NCBI GenBank assembly: GCA_013239625.1
Contig: MU054220.1
Coordinates: 8,963,367 to 9,027,366, forward strand
Length of the DNA stretch: 64,000 bases
Source: Lama guanicoe
Taxonomy: Eukaryota
Direction of reading: 5' to 3'
Below are positions 1-12,900 of this stretch, piece after piece (the stretch's first letter is position 1; every line of letters starts with the position of its first letter). The position numbers were made by a program, and so were the translations under genes. The notes beneath the pieces are model-generated. The model did not search any database, was not told the origin of the DNA, and was given only the letters and a program-made list of their open reading frames with translations.

Positions 1-111
1 CGTGCAGGCACTCAGAGAAACGTGAGTGATAAAATGAAACCCTCTCTCTTTTTTCAGTATCTGTGCAGCTTCACCGCTTTCCAGACTTGCCTTTAATTCT
101 TTAGTGGCGAT

Positions 112-370
112 AGAGCACAGTGACTGGGAGTGCCTATCTGGAGTCAGCCTACTGAGCTGCAATCCCAGATCTGCCAGCCACTGACTGACTGTGATATTGT
201 GGGCCATTTCCATCAACCCAATGTGTTCAGTTTCCCTATCGATAAAAGGCAGATAATATTACCTCTTCCCAGGGCTCCTTGTGAGGATTAAATAGACAGT
301 GCATATAATTTTTTTTTATATAGAAACTGGCACATTGTAAGTTCCCAATAAATGTAACCTGTTGTTTTTA
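112..370 (+). mobile_element. MIR SINE
   Basis: MIR-like motifs in order: ctggagtcagcc...aatcccagatctgcc...cagtttccctatc..taaaa...gtgaggattaaatag...ggcacattgtaag..caataaatgt. Confidence 0.8.
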
Positions 371-1009
371 TTACTTTTCCAGTCTAATATTTGATCTGTA
401 ACATTATACTACAAGATACAACTTATACTCACAGTCTGGCTTTTCCTGTAACTTGATCACCCTCTGTCCCTGGAACACCACTAGAAACAGGGTAGACAAG
501 CCTATTTCGATGCCTTCAAATGAAGACAGAATTAGATATTTTAAGGTTGTGAATCGAAGCATGTAAAAAGCTGCTCAACTGATCTGATTTAAGTGGAGGG
601 GCTATGCTGAGGCAGAAGCAGATACATATCTGCAGAAGTTCAACAGAACTGGATTATAAAATGTACATGATACTAGTATATCATGACTCACGGAAAGGTA
701 CAGAAAAGGGATGACATATGAGTGCAGATATGTAAGGAAGCTTACTGTAGCTTCTTCTCCAGGGTGCATTAGTATGAAATGTCTGCGGCTAAGAGTGCAG
801 AGGAGTGAGTCTGTGAAACAAGATATTTTGGGAAGGTAGCTTTCACAAGTGTAAGATGATTTAGCCAGTAAGGCTTCACAAATTCAACTGCCTCAACAGG
901 TCTCACTTATACACAACCACACAGGGATAACAAAGAACTTAATGAGGGAGCTAACTCTCCTACTTAAAAACATTTACATTCAATTAAAGGCACAGTTTCG
1001 GTCTCAGAA

Positions 1010-1230
1010 AATCAACATTCATATAGTCTAAGACAGGAAGATGGTGACTGTAAAATGAAGAGGAAGAAATAGATACAAAGGATATTTATAGAGGATAAAT
1101 AAATGTGAACTGATGTCTGGCCATATAAGGAGGAATGAGGATGAGGTAACTGTCAATGATAATAGCAACATTCCAAACATGGATTGCAGGAAAATGATGG
1201 ATTTGGAGGATGAAGCCTTAAAAGGAAGTC
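1010..1230 (-). mobile_element. L2 LINE fragment (degenerate)
   Basis: purine-rich atagtctaagacaggaagatggtgac...gatatttatagagg...gatgtctgg...gaatgagg pattern typical of antisense L2. Confidence 0.45.
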
Positions 1231-1300
1231 TACTTTAAGAGTTTTTGTTTGGTTTCTTGTTTCCTTCCAGTTCACCAGTTCACCACCAGGACATACACTC

Positions 1301-1374
1301 CAGCCAAGGTTTCTAATTGAGATGGTGCTTCATTATTCAGCCAAGGTTTTTAATTGAGATGGTGCTTCATTATT
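1301..1374. repeat. 37-bp tandem duplication (2 copies, 1 mismatch)
   Basis: cagccaaggtttctaattgagatggtgcttcattatt at 1301-1337; copy at 1338-1374 differs by one c/t. Confidence 0.97.
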
Positions 1375-2224
1375 ATAGTTAACATCCCAAATAGGAACTA
1401 TTTTTTACTAAATAGAAGCTTCTCTAAACGAGACATATTGCCAGCATATATACATATTTTTTTAAAATTTTTAAAATCTATGCAACTCATTCCAGTGTTA
1501 GCACCCTCTTTCATCCGGGAGTTATCACTGAGTCAACATCATATTTTTCCTTTTCTAAGGCAGTTTTACTGAGGCTTCACATTTGATGTCACTAAATGAA
1601 AATGATACACGACTCATACCAAAATGGAAAAAAAAAAAATCTCCAAACTCCATTTTAAATAAATAGAACTTACAAACCCCTGGCGAGATGAATAAGCCTT
1701 TTCACTTTGTTGGCTTCTGACAAAGTTGTAGATACAAACGAGGATTGGCTGATGCAGCAGAAATTCTGCAGTTTAGAACTTCTAAGATTATTATATGGCA
1801 CTTGCTAAAATACACACACAACATCTAACATTCTTTGATGAAATTAAATGCGCCCTGTAATTTTCAATGAAATGCTAAAAGATGCATTTCTCTATGCAGA
1901 TTCTCTTTCAGAGAAATTTTACCTGGCTAAACATCCATGAAGAAGTTTTATTCTCTCATGATTCCTCATTATGAAGACATTTCTTGTATAAATAGATACT
2001 ACCTTTTCCCAACCTAAATCATCCAATAAAATGTAACTTGATATTTGCATCTACAGTGAAAAATTCGGCTAGGAGAGCTAGATCATCCCAAATAGGTGTT
2101 TAAATGATTTTTATAAGAGAGGCATTTTATGTCTAGAGTATAATGGTAAATGGAAAAGCAGAACACAAAATAGTATACACAGGGTATGATTTTAGAACAC
2201 AGCTTCAAATTCTTTAATATTTTT

Positions 2225-2652
2225 GCCACCAGGAGGGAAGGTCTAAGTACCCATCCTCTTAAGTCTGGATAAGCTTGTAAGTGCTTCAACCAATAGAATG
2301 TGGAGGAAGTAATGCCATCTGAGTTCCGAAAAGCCACGCTCCTGAGCCGCCAGCTCAGAAGTCAGATTAACCTGTGTCAGGATGGAGACGCCACAGGAAG
2401 GCACTCTGACTGACAGCCCCAGCTGGGTCCAGCCCCCCTGACAGACAGGAGAGGGAAGAAGCCATCTTAGAATTGGACCCTTCACCCAAGCTGTTCTGGT
2501 TTTCTGCTGTTTGAGGTCCCTCACTGAGGACCTAGAAAAAGTCCAACACAGAAAAGCTGACCCACCCCTGTCCTTCTGAATTTCTGAACAAGATGCTTTT
2601 GCACAATAAAATGGCTGTTGTACATGTTGCTGGTGTGCTGAAAACTGACCAC
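2225..2652 (+). mobile_element. MaLR LTR (MLT1G/H-like)
   Basis: accaatagaatgtggaggaagtaatgc...ctgactgacagccccagctg...gaagaagccatcttaga...aataaaatggctgttg...aactgac. Confidence 0.7.
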
Positions 2653-3109
2653 GTCAGCTTTGGAGAAATGACTGTTACATTTTCAGGAACTGTGCAAGCA
2701 AACTGTGGGACAGCCATTTAAAAACATAACAGTTTAACAAATTATATTTTTAAAGAGTTAATGCTCAAAACTCACTACATCTTATTTATTTTACTACTTC
2801 AAAGTAGAGATTATGTCTTGAACTTTCTGTTTTTGGTAATCCCTACCAAATGTATCATATTTCCATATAACTTACTCTGTTTTTATGGTTATAATCTATT
2901 AGAAAAGAACTCCTGATTATTACTCAATCATAATGAGACATAATAATTTGCCAATCTATTATCAAAAGATGAAATACTTTTAGGTATATGTGCAGTGTTA
3001 GAATATGGAAGGAGGAATAAAGTGGTAGTGGTAGAGAAAAATACAATTTTTTTCTACTTCATAAGACTTTAGACCAGCTGGTACTCATTTAAATCAGTAA
3101 TGTCTGTCA

Positions 3110-3561
3110 GATGGAATACTATTTGGCCATAAAAAAGAACAAATTAATGCCATCTGCAGCAACATAGATGCACCTGGAGATTGTCAAACTAAGCCAGAAT
3201 ACCATTTCACTTTTATGAGGAATCTAAATAAAGGCCACAAATGAACTTATTTACAAAACAAAAACAGACTTATAGACATGTAAAAAAAACTTATGGTTAC
3301 CAAGGGGAAAAGAGGGTGGAGAAGGTTAAATTGGGAGTTCAGGATTTGCAGATACTAACTACTATGTATAAAATAAACAACAAGGTCCTACTATATAGCA
3401 CAGAGAACTATATTAAATATCTTATAATAGCCTATAATAAATATCTCATAATGAAAAAGAATATGAAGATATATGTATAAATATATATATATAAATAACT
3501 GAATCACTATGCTGTACACCACAAATTAACACAATATTGCAACTCAACTATACATCAATAA
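3110..3561 (+). mobile_element. 5'-truncated L1 3' end (Cetartiodactyla-type) with target-site duplication
   Basis: atggaatactatttggccataaaaaagaac...gaacttatttacaaaac...ctatatagcacagagaactata...caataaaa. Degenerate 19-bp TSD: aaatcagtaatgtctgtca (3091-3109) and aaattagtaatatctgtta (3562-3580). TT/AAAT endonuclease-like site. Confidence 0.92.
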
Positions 3562-4355
3562 AAATTAGTAATATCTGTTAATATCTAGTGAGTGTTTTCA
3601 TGAACACATGCAAATAAATTTTTATTTAAAATTCTTCATACTATACATTAGTTACATTCATTTAAAAATCCATACATTTCTTGTAAATGACCTGATAGCC
3701 CTGATGAAAAAGACTTTGCTAAACTAGACCCATGTGAAATTTAATTTCATTTGAGCTTCTTATGAAATTAATTTTAATGCCTAATCATACAGCCTTCATA
3801 CTGACAAAATCCATACTGAAGTTAATGAGACAGGTGTCTCCAAGGAATATCTGAAATTTTTATTCTATTCAAACAGCAGAAGTTCAAAGATCTTGATGTT
3901 AATACTTTCTCCTCCAACAACCTTCATAAAAAAATTTTAAAACCCTCAAATATGTTAAAACTAAATCTATATTAAAGATTAGGTGAAGAGTTACGGTTAG
4001 ATTTCCAAATATTAAAAAGAATTCCCTAACAAAATGCACATATTTCATTTTTTTATAAATAATTATCATTAATTCAAATATTTCTAAAAACATATTTTAT
4101 CTGTTTTCTCATCTCAAAAATGTTGGAGTCCCTCATCCTAATGTAGGACAAACTCTGTTTACTAACAATGGATTTAAGATATTTACTATAATTTTCTGGC
4201 CAGTCATCTCATAGTTGATTTTAAATACCAAGGTCAGTGATTTTATTATCTATTGTCTGTGGAATCATAGGATCTCACCAAGATAGTTCAAAGAGTACTC
4301 AAAACTTATCATTCAAATTTTATTTTTAAGTGCATAAAAATAAACTTTTAATTGC

Positions 4356-4605
4356 TTAATTGATGAAAAGTTTGTGTCTTTACTTCTGGACTCTCTATTC
4401 TGTTCCATTGATCCATGTCTATTTTTGTACCAATACCACACTGTTTTGATTACTGTAGCTCGGTAGTATTGTCAGAAGTCTGGGAGGGTTATTCCTCCAG
4501 CTTTGTTCTTTATCTTCCATATTGCTTTGGCAGTTCTGGGTCCTTTGGTAATTCCATATAAATTTTAGGATTATTTATTCTAGTTCTGTGAAAAATGTCC
4601 TGGGT
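4356..4605 (-). mobile_element. Inverted 5' segment of a twin-primed L1 (ORF2 region)
   Basis: antisense L1 ORF2: ctctctattctgttccattgatc...ttactgtagc...ttccatataaattttaggatt...tgtgaaaaatgtc, abutting the sense L1 at 4606. Confidence 0.9.
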
Positions 4606-5943
4606 GGAGGAAAGAACACACAATGGAGTAGACAGTCTCTTCAGGAAATGATGTTGGGAAAATTGGTCAGCTGCATATAAATCAATGAAGTTAGAATATT
4701 CCCTCACACCATGCATAAAAATAAACTCAAAATGGCTGAAAGACTTAAACATAAGACAAGACACTATAAACCTCTTAGAAAAAAAACACAGGCAAAACAT
4801 TATCCGACATAAATCTCAGCAATGTTCTCCTCTGGCAGTCTACCCAGGCAATAGAAATAAAAGCAAAAATAAACAAATGGGACCTAATTAAACTTATAAG
4901 CTTTTGCACAACAAATGAAACCATAAGCAAAACAAAGACAACCTACAGAATGGGAGAAAATATTTGCAAAAGATGAGACTGACAAGGGCTTAATTTCCAG
5001 AATATATAAACAGCTCATACAACTTAAGAACAACAACAACAAAACCCAATCCAAAAATGGGCAGAAGACCTAAACAAGCAGTTCTCCAATGAAGACACAG
5101 AAATGGCCAACAGGCACATGAGAAAATGCTCAATATTGCTAATTATCAGAGAAATACAAATCAAAACTACAATGAGATATCACCTCACACGTGTCAGAAT
5201 GGCCATCATTCAAAAGTCCACAGGCAATAAGTGCTGGAGAGGATGTGGAGAAAAGGGAACCCTCCTACACTGCTGGGAATGTAGTTTGGTGCAGCCATTA
5301 TGGAAAACAGTTTGGAGATTCCTCAAAAGACTGAAAATAGACTTACCATGTGATCCAGCAATCCCACTCCTGCACATATATCCAGTGGCAATCTTAATTC
5401 AAAAAGATACATGCCCCTCAACATTCATAGCTACACTATCCACAATAGCCAAGACATGGAAACAACCTGGATGTCCATCAACAGATGACTGGATAAAGAA
5501 GTTGTGGTATATTTTTATAATGGAATACACTACTCAGCCATAAAAAATAATAAAATCATGCCAGAAAGAGAAAGAAAAATACCATATCATATCACTTATA
5601 TGTGGAATATAAAAAAAAAGACAAATGAACTTATTTACAAAACAGAAACAGACTCACAGACATAGAAAACAAACTTATGGTTACTAGCGGGGAAGGGAGT
5701 GGGAAGGGATAAATTGGGAATTTGAGATTTGCAGAAACCAACTAATATATATAAAATAGATAAGCAACAAGTCCATACTGTATAGCACAGGTGACTATAA
5801 TCAATATGTTATAGTGATTTACGGTGAAAAAGAATATGAAAGCAAATATATGTACGTTCATGTATGATTGAAAATTATGCTGTACACCAGAAATTGACAT
5901 AACATTGTAAACTGACTAGACTTCTATCTATACACACACACAC
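4606..5943 (+). mobile_element. L1 ORF2 C-terminal part plus 3' UTR (frameshifted, dead)
   Basis: ORF 4685-4891 (LTPCIKINSKWLKDLNIR) and ORF 5103-5543 ([10 protein letters not shown]...[15 protein letters not shown]...[11 protein letters not shown]...DPAIPLL) match the L1 ORF2p C-terminal cysteine-rich region. A G-rich 3' UTR and a tail with (CA)n follow. Confidence 0.97.
5103..5543 (+). pseudogene. L1 ORF2p C-terminal (cysteine-rich/zinc-knuckle) fragment, non-functional
   Basis: 146-aa ORF with the hallmark L1 ORF2p motif [15 protein letters not shown]; lies inside a 5'-truncated element. Confidence 0.9.
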
Positions 5944-6599
5944 AAAATAAAATTAATTGAAAAAATGCACACATGTCTCTGCAAACACTGGATGAAATAT
6001 TTCATTTCATTTAATAATCAAGCTTAAGAATTAACCTTCTCATGCTATGTCTGTGTTTACATTTAAACTTGGTATAAATATCTGTTAGTCTAAGATGTCC
6101 TTTTAAAATGAATGATCGTATGTAACAATTATGGTAAAAAATGTTTAGGAGATGCTATATTATTGCAGGATTCAGATATATCTTTTCAGTGCTTGTGAAG
6201 CCTTAGTAGTTGTGCTGCTATCACACAAGGGATACTGAGGACTTTTTTAAATAATCTGAGGGTGCAAAGAGTATTAGAGTTTGAATTTACATTTATGAAA
6301 AAGTTATAAATGTGTGGCCTTTAATTATTTTAATATTTTACTTGTAAAATCATACTACAGAAGAAATGACTAATCAGAAAATACCATCTGCAATCACCAT
6401 CTGAACTCATCTTTAAATCAGAAACAGTATTGAAATATTAAGTCAAAAATGCTCACAAAATGTCCAAAAGATGGTGCTAGGACTTAACATGGTTTTGTAC
6501 ATAGTTCTGCAAAAACAGTTCTATATTTCCTACAAATCAAGGAATCATCTTGAAATAAAACACAGTTAACTAAAAGATAAGACTTTTTATATCTTCAGC

Positions 6600-6815
6600 A
6601 AAAAGTTATACCTGAATGTGTAGTTGAAATTCTTCTCATAAAGAGAACTCTAGACTCAAATGGCTTTCCTGATCAACCCTAACCATCATTAGGTAAGAAA
6701 TAACATTAACTCTATTCAAACTCTTCCAGAAAATTCAAAGGGAGAGAATATTTCCCCCCTTGTTTTATCAGTCCTACATTGTCCTAAAACAAAAGACAGA
6801 GACTGGAAAACTACA
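6600..6815 (+). mobile_element. Diverged L1 ORF2 fragment
   Basis: ctagactcaaatggcttt...attcaaactcttccagaaaatt...gagagaatatttccc...gaaaactaca. Confidence 0.7.
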
Positions 6816-6970
6816 TTTCTTTTTTTAATTTTTAAAATCTTTTAAAAAAAATTGAAGTGTAGTTGACTTACAATATTAGTTTCAGGTGTACGACACAGTA
6901 ATTTGATATTTTTACTGAATATATTCCATATACAGTTATTATAAAATATTGGCTAAATACTATGTATTGT
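6816..6970 (-). mobile_element. L1 extreme 3' end, antisense
   Basis: poly-T, then ttgaagtgtagttgacttacaatattagtttcaggtgtac...tacagttattataaaatattggcta. Confidence 0.85.
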
Positions 6971-7329
6971 AGGCAAATATCTCTTATGAATATAGATGCA
7001 AAAATCCTCAACAAAATATTAGTAAACTGAATTCATTAATACGTTAAAAGGATCATACATCATAATCAAGTGAGATTTATTCCATGGATGCAAAGATGCT
7101 TCAATATCTGCAAATCAATCATCCTGATACACCATACTAACAAAAGGAAGAATAAAAATCAAATGCTCATCTCAATATATGCAGAAAAAGTATCTGACAA
7201 AATTCAACATCCATTTATGATAAAAACTCTCAACAAAGTTGGTATAGAGGGACCATACCTCAACCTAATAAAGGCCTTTTACGAGAAACCCATAGTTAAT
7301 ATCATACTCAATGGTGAAAAGCTGAAAAA
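6971..7329 (+). mobile_element. L1 ORF2 reverse-transcriptase region fragment
   Basis: gatgcaaaaatcctcaacaaaatattag; ORF 7070-7351 ([15 protein letters not shown]...[19 protein letters not shown]...NIILNGEKL) matches L1 RT. Confidence 0.95.
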
Positions 7330-7429
7330 TCACACCTGGGTAGAGTTATAGTTCTACACAGACCAAGTGGAAATTAACATTTTTCAAGTCACTGAATTCA
7401 TCCTTCGTAAGTCTATATTAAGGTGGGTA

Positions 7430-7905
7430 CACGTGTAGTCATAACAAATCACTGCAAATTTAGTGACTTACAGCAATTCGAATTTCTTCTTTTATAGTTC
7501 TGAAGGCCAGAAGCCAATTCAAGGTGTCACCAGAATGGCATTCCCTCCAGGAGATTCAGGGGAGAACACATTTGCTTGCCTTTTCCAGCATATAGAAATG
7601 ACCTGAATCCCTTGGCTTTGGCCACTTCCTCTGTCCTCAAAGCCAGCAGCATAGCATTTTCCAAACTCTCTCTCTTCCTGCTTCCATCATCACTTTGCCT
7701 TTTCTCTGTTTCTGACCCTCCTGCCTCCCTCTTACAAAGAGCCTTATGATTACCCTGGGCCCACCTGGATAATCCAGGCTCCTCTCCTTTGTCTGGAGCC
7801 AAAATTTAATTACATCTGCAGAATCCCTGTTACCTTTTAAGGGAACATTCACAGGTTCCAAGGATTAGAAGGTGGGTATCTTTTGGGGGTTAGGCATTAC
7901 TTAGC
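7430..7905 (-). mobile_element. MaLR LTR (MLT1C/D-like)
   Basis: ataacaaatcactgcaaatttagtgactta...ttgccttttccagc...gggcccacctggataatccagg...tacatctgcagaatccc...cattcacaggttccaaggattag. Confidence 0.88.
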
Positions 7906-8219
7906 AGGTAAGGAAAAATAAGTTCCTTGCTAGGTATCTTTGTAAGGAAACTTGGAAAATTTTTAGTTGTTGACTTTTCTGGACAGATACTTCTAATTAT
8001 GTTTTAGATCACAGCATCTTCAGCACTGAAAGGGCACTAGAGCTGAAGCATCCCATTTTAAAGACAAAAGACTGAAGCTTTTAGAAATTGCATCCTTTCA
8101 AATACTGCACTGCTATCTTGCATCATAGATCCGATTTTTGGTCTCCTTACTCTCAGCTGTTCCCCTGGTCGTGCTTATAACTCTAAAGGAAAATGGTATT
8201 TTGACCAATATATTTTCCC

Positions 8220-8261
8220 TTTCTTCTTCTTCTTCTTCATCATCATCATCATCATCATCAT
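8220..8261. repeat. Compound microsatellite (TCT)n(TCA)n
   Basis: ttcttcttcttcttcttcatcatcatcatcatcatcatcat. Confidence 0.95.
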
Positions 8262-9264
8262 TTACTCACAAATGGACAATAGGCATACTTTGGAGAAATT
8301 TAGAAATATTGTTAGAATGAAACATCTGCAGGCATCTGGATAAGAAGCTGATCATGTCTGATTTTTGGCAAAGTAACTCGTGCACAGGTCGCCTTGAAAT
8401 GGAAAATAGTAAGATCAACCTGGTCACTTTCATCTTTCTATCATTCTGGCTCTATCGGCTCCTGGGAAATGTTCAGTCCTTCCCTAGGTCTTTGAAGTTT
8501 CTAATTGCTATGGAAACTGCAAAGGTTTTTCTTATCATTGAAAACAAAAACTACAATGTGTGATTCATAAATAAGAATTTTAAAATGACTGTAATGATTA
8601 AATATGCTTTGCAGAAATTCCTAAAGAACTTCTAGAGAAATACCTAAATTATTATGCAGGAAGAGTCAAGGATTTTACAAATAATTAGCATAAAATTTTA
8701 ATAAGCAATCATAGCATAACATAAGTGATACACTTTGAACCTTAGGTTCTTTACTGAAAGATGTGAAATCAATTAATATTCTTTTATTGAAAGCAGGAAG
8801 AGCTTTTGATTCTTCCACATTCATATTATTATTCATACTCACATGATTTATGTGTATCGTATAATTTTACTTTCAAGATAACATATTTACTGTAGAAAAT
8901 GTAATTAGACAACATCATTAGAACAAAAGTATTTTTAATTCTAATTATGTGCATCTTTTCTTGGAACCAGAAGTTTTGAAATCAGACATGGATTATGGTA
9001 AGACTGACCTAAAAATCAGTAACTTACATATCTCTTAAGACACTAGTTTTGGTGGAATTTTTATAAATTACAGTATGAAATAGTAATTTTCCTTGCAATA
9101 CCATCAGTTGGATAACGAGTATTGTCCTTTTCAACCTATGGACACAGAAACTGAGGTTCAACAAAAAGAATTTTTTCTGAGCTCAAGTCACAGGTTTTCA
9201 AGACGTATGAGGCAATCTAAAACAGTAGTTGAAAAAAACAGCATTGTTAGCAATCAAAGATGAA

Positions 9265-9400
9265 ATTCAGAGTCCTTTTCAATCTTAGGTGACTCTCTTG
9301 GTCTCAGTTTTCTCATCCATAAACTAGGATTAAAATATTTCCTATCTCACCTGCCAATCTTTAATAGGTGAGAGAAAGATTAGAAATAAAGGATCACTTT
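9265..9400 (+). mobile_element. MIR fragment
   Basis: ggtctcagttttctcatccataaactaggattaaaatatttcctatctcac. Confidence 0.55.
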
Positions 9401-10629
9401 AAAATGTCCATGAAACTGTTACTTTCTCCTGAGATGGATGCATGCACAGTTTTATAATATTTGAGAATGTGTATTTTGGCTTATAACATATATATTAATT
9501 ATGTACATTGTACTTTTTAATTTATTGAATTGTTCAATTAATAAATCATGACTGAGGTAATTACCACATATTGCAACTATATGAGATTCCAGCTCTTTCT
9601 ACAGGCACCTGTTTTTTTCTTTACGTGCTGATCAACAAGACGTTTTAAAACATAGATTCCTGATTAATGATCTTGTTAACAAACTCATCTAAATGCACGC
9701 TTCTGGGCATCTCATAAGGAAAAGAAGGTTTTGAGAAAGCCAGCAGAAGAGAAAAACAGTTTATGAATAATTCATGTATTTGTTCACTTCTATCTCCCTG
9801 CCTTTTGCTTGTAATGATATGTTTTGATAGCTGTAAATAGCAGGGATTTGTGGATGAAAGATACTGCCTACATGCAGGTATTTTACCATTCCAGAGATTT
9901 GACAAACCATTAAATCACCCCAATAGCAAAATCAGTAAACACTGCTTAATCTTAAGCTGTGAAATGGTAATAATTATACAGTAGTTTTATTAGCAATGAT
10001 AAACATTTTGCAAAATTATGATTGTATTAATAATTTTCAGTGGTAATATGTTCCAATGAGATACATGGGATTTGTGGAAAGTAGATGTTAGAAAAGCATT
10101 ACTTCTTTATGAGGGACGGAGCATTGGTCAAAATATATATGCTTGATGTTGTGAGCCTTACAAGGATTCAGACAAAATTTTCATGTTGGAGCCTGCTCAA
10201 CAGTCTTCAGAGTCTGATTGACTCTTTCCCCTTGGAACTAATATTGATAGCTATCATCACAGGAGACCCAGGCAATGGGCTAGGCATTTTGTAAGTATTA
10301 GGTCTGTGACTACACAAAAACCATGCTGTTTCCAGAAATATACTACAGGATCATGGCGATGATAGTGACCAATAGTACACTTAATATTGTACATTAATTT
10401 AGATTTCTTAAAGCTGTTCAGAAGCCAGTCCAAATCGTGAAATCATTTTTACCTAAAAACAATATTTTTAATGCCATGAATTCACAATTGTGTTTAACAG
10501 AGTGGTGAGGAACCAAAGTCTAAAGAAGTTAAGTCATTTTTTCCAAGGTCAAAAAACATGTTAGTGCCATGGCTATGACTACACTTACCCTTCTTGGATT
10601 TATCATCCCCTTCTTACCCTCTACGTTGT

Positions 10630-11167
10630 CTATGCTGTATAATAAATTATCATACAATCAGCAGCTTAAGACAACACATAGTTTTGTTTCACTGTTTCTC
10701 TGGGTCACAATTCCAGGCACAGCTGAGCTGGGTCTTCAGGATTTTGCACATGCCTACAATCAAGATGTCAGCTGCCTCATCTCAAGTCATGACGGGGAAG
10801 AGTTGACTTCCAAGATTACGTGGTTGTTGGCAAAATTCAGTTCCTTACTGACCACAGACCAAAGGTCTTAGTTTCTTGCTGGTTGCTGGCCAGAGACCAC
10901 TCTCACTTCCTTGCCACATGAACCTCTCTATACAGCAGCTCAAAGAGAGGCAGTTTGCATCAACAAAGCCAGCCCATGAGATGCTAGCAAAAGCATGTGA
11001 TAAGCTTGTGTCACTTAATCATGGAAGAGACATCCCATCACCTTTGTTGTATTCTCTTGGTTAGAAACAAGTCACAGGTTGTACCAACACTCAAGGTAAA
11101 GGGAATGCACAAGGGTGTGAGTGAGGTGGAGATAACTGGGGGTCACCTTTAGAGTTTATGTACCACA
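10630..11167 (-). mobile_element. MaLR LTR (MLT1F-like)
   Basis: cagcagcttaagacaacac...acttccaagattacgtggttgttggcaaaattcagttcctt...cttccttgccacatg...catcccatcacctttg...ttggttagaaacaagtcacagg...taccaca. Confidence 0.88.
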
Positions 11168-11492
11168 TCTTCCTTACTTAAGTCTTTGGAAAAAGGTACA
11201 TCTTCACTCTAGTTACTGCCATTATCCTGGGTTTTCATGGCCCCCATGAATCAACCATCCAAAGACCTGCCCTTCCGCTCATTTCATCCACTTCTCAGAT
11301 CATAGCCTAGATTGTGCCATTGCTTATAATTGAAATACCTTCCAGGCCCCCTTGGACTTAGGGACTCCACTCTCATCAATCAAATTTCAGCTCTTAGGTG
11401 ATATTTTCACAGATTTATATGCCCATCTCAAAGGAGTATAGGACCTATGTCAAATCCTTTCACACAAAGACTGTGAACCTGGTCCACAACCT

Positions 11493-11548
11493 TTTTTGTC
11501 ATTTTTGTCATTTTTTTGATCATTTTGTCATTTTTTTGTCATTTGTCA
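11493..11548. repeat. Degenerate short tandem repeat (Tn)GTCA, about 6 units
   Basis: ttttttgtcatttttgtcatttttttgatcattttgtcatttttttgtcatttgtca. Confidence 0.85.
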
Positions 11549-12588
11549 TGCTTGAAATCCTTATTTGAATTAAAAAATAATAATATCTACTATTTTTGGG
11601 TTCTAACGTCCATGATACAGTTTCCCCCACTGTTAGCCTAAGACTTGCCAGGCACTGAGATGCAGTTGATATTGGTGGCTAAATGGTTGAGAGATTTATG
11701 GTTAGAACTAAAATTCACCATTGATCTTCCACTTCATCTCCTTCATTTGTATTCACCTCTGAGCTCTTGAAATAAATCTTACAAACTCAGTATGTGAAAT
11801 TCCTTATGATCACCAATTCTGCCTTCTGTTTATTTCCATATACCTGTTTTTCACTAGCTAACATTATTTTCCAAAGCCTAAATGAAAAAAGATGCTCCTT
11901 AAAAGAAATAACTCTAAACTTTATGAAAAATTTTTTGTTATTAAGGAAACCATTTTCTGTATTTTAAAGATAGCATGTTTCTTATGATAATTTATACTTA
12001 AATGATTTTATAAGAAAAAATAGAAGTTTTTTCTTAAAATAAGCAGTACAGAAAAAAATAAAACAATGTTCAATGTTATTCCAATGATATTTAGTAAAAA
12101 TCAGAGTTTATTATGTGCTAATTTACATCTATTAGAGATAGGAGATTTAGGCAAAATCATTGACATAGAAACAAGAAAAAAACAGAGGAATCCTAACTTA
12201 AAGCTATGCTAGTTACCTGGTAACCACATGTTGACTAGAATTCAAAGGCCATAGGACTGATAGGGGAAGAAAGCAGAATTTATCAGATACTAATACTTTC
12301 TCTCAATTATGTTAAATGGAAAGCAACTTCATATTAAACCACTCTGCTGAACCCACCCTTTCTAAGCATAGTCAAAGACAATAGATTAAAAAATAATGAA
12401 ATGAAGAAAAGTTAAGTCAGTGAGGGACAAAGAATTTAAGCTTCTCACTGACAAGTAATGGTTGGCAAATACTGTAAAGGAGCTCAGACTTTTTGTAAAT
12501 GTTGAGATTCTTAAGGTAAAGTTTAGGGTCCAAAGAGACTTTAAAAGTTCAACCCCCTTCTGAAATTTTATGCCAGGAGACGCTTATT

Positions 12589-12900
12589 ATTATTATTTTG
12601 TTGTTGTTACTCATGCAGTGTTTCAGACTCAGGTGCTGGAGTCAGTAGGATTTAAATCCATACTATAACACTTAGACACTGATCCTGATATGTTATTAAA
12701 CTCTCTGTAGCTCTTTTTTATTTTTTAACTTTTTTTTATGGAGTTATAGTCATTTTACAATGTTGTGTCGAATTCCAGTGTACAGCACAACTTTTCAGTT
12801 ATACATGAACAAACATATATTCATTGTCACATTTTTTTTTTTTGCTGTGAGCTACCACAAGATCTTGTATATGTTTCCCTGTGCTCTACAGTATAATCTT
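12589..12900 (-). mobile_element. Young 5'-truncated L1 (camelid-like 3' end) with extra 3' segment, flanked by 13-bp TSD
   Basis: TSD ggagacgcttatt at 12576-12588 and 12901-12913; L1 3' UTR at 12738-12900; T-tail at 12714-12737. Confidence 0.88.
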
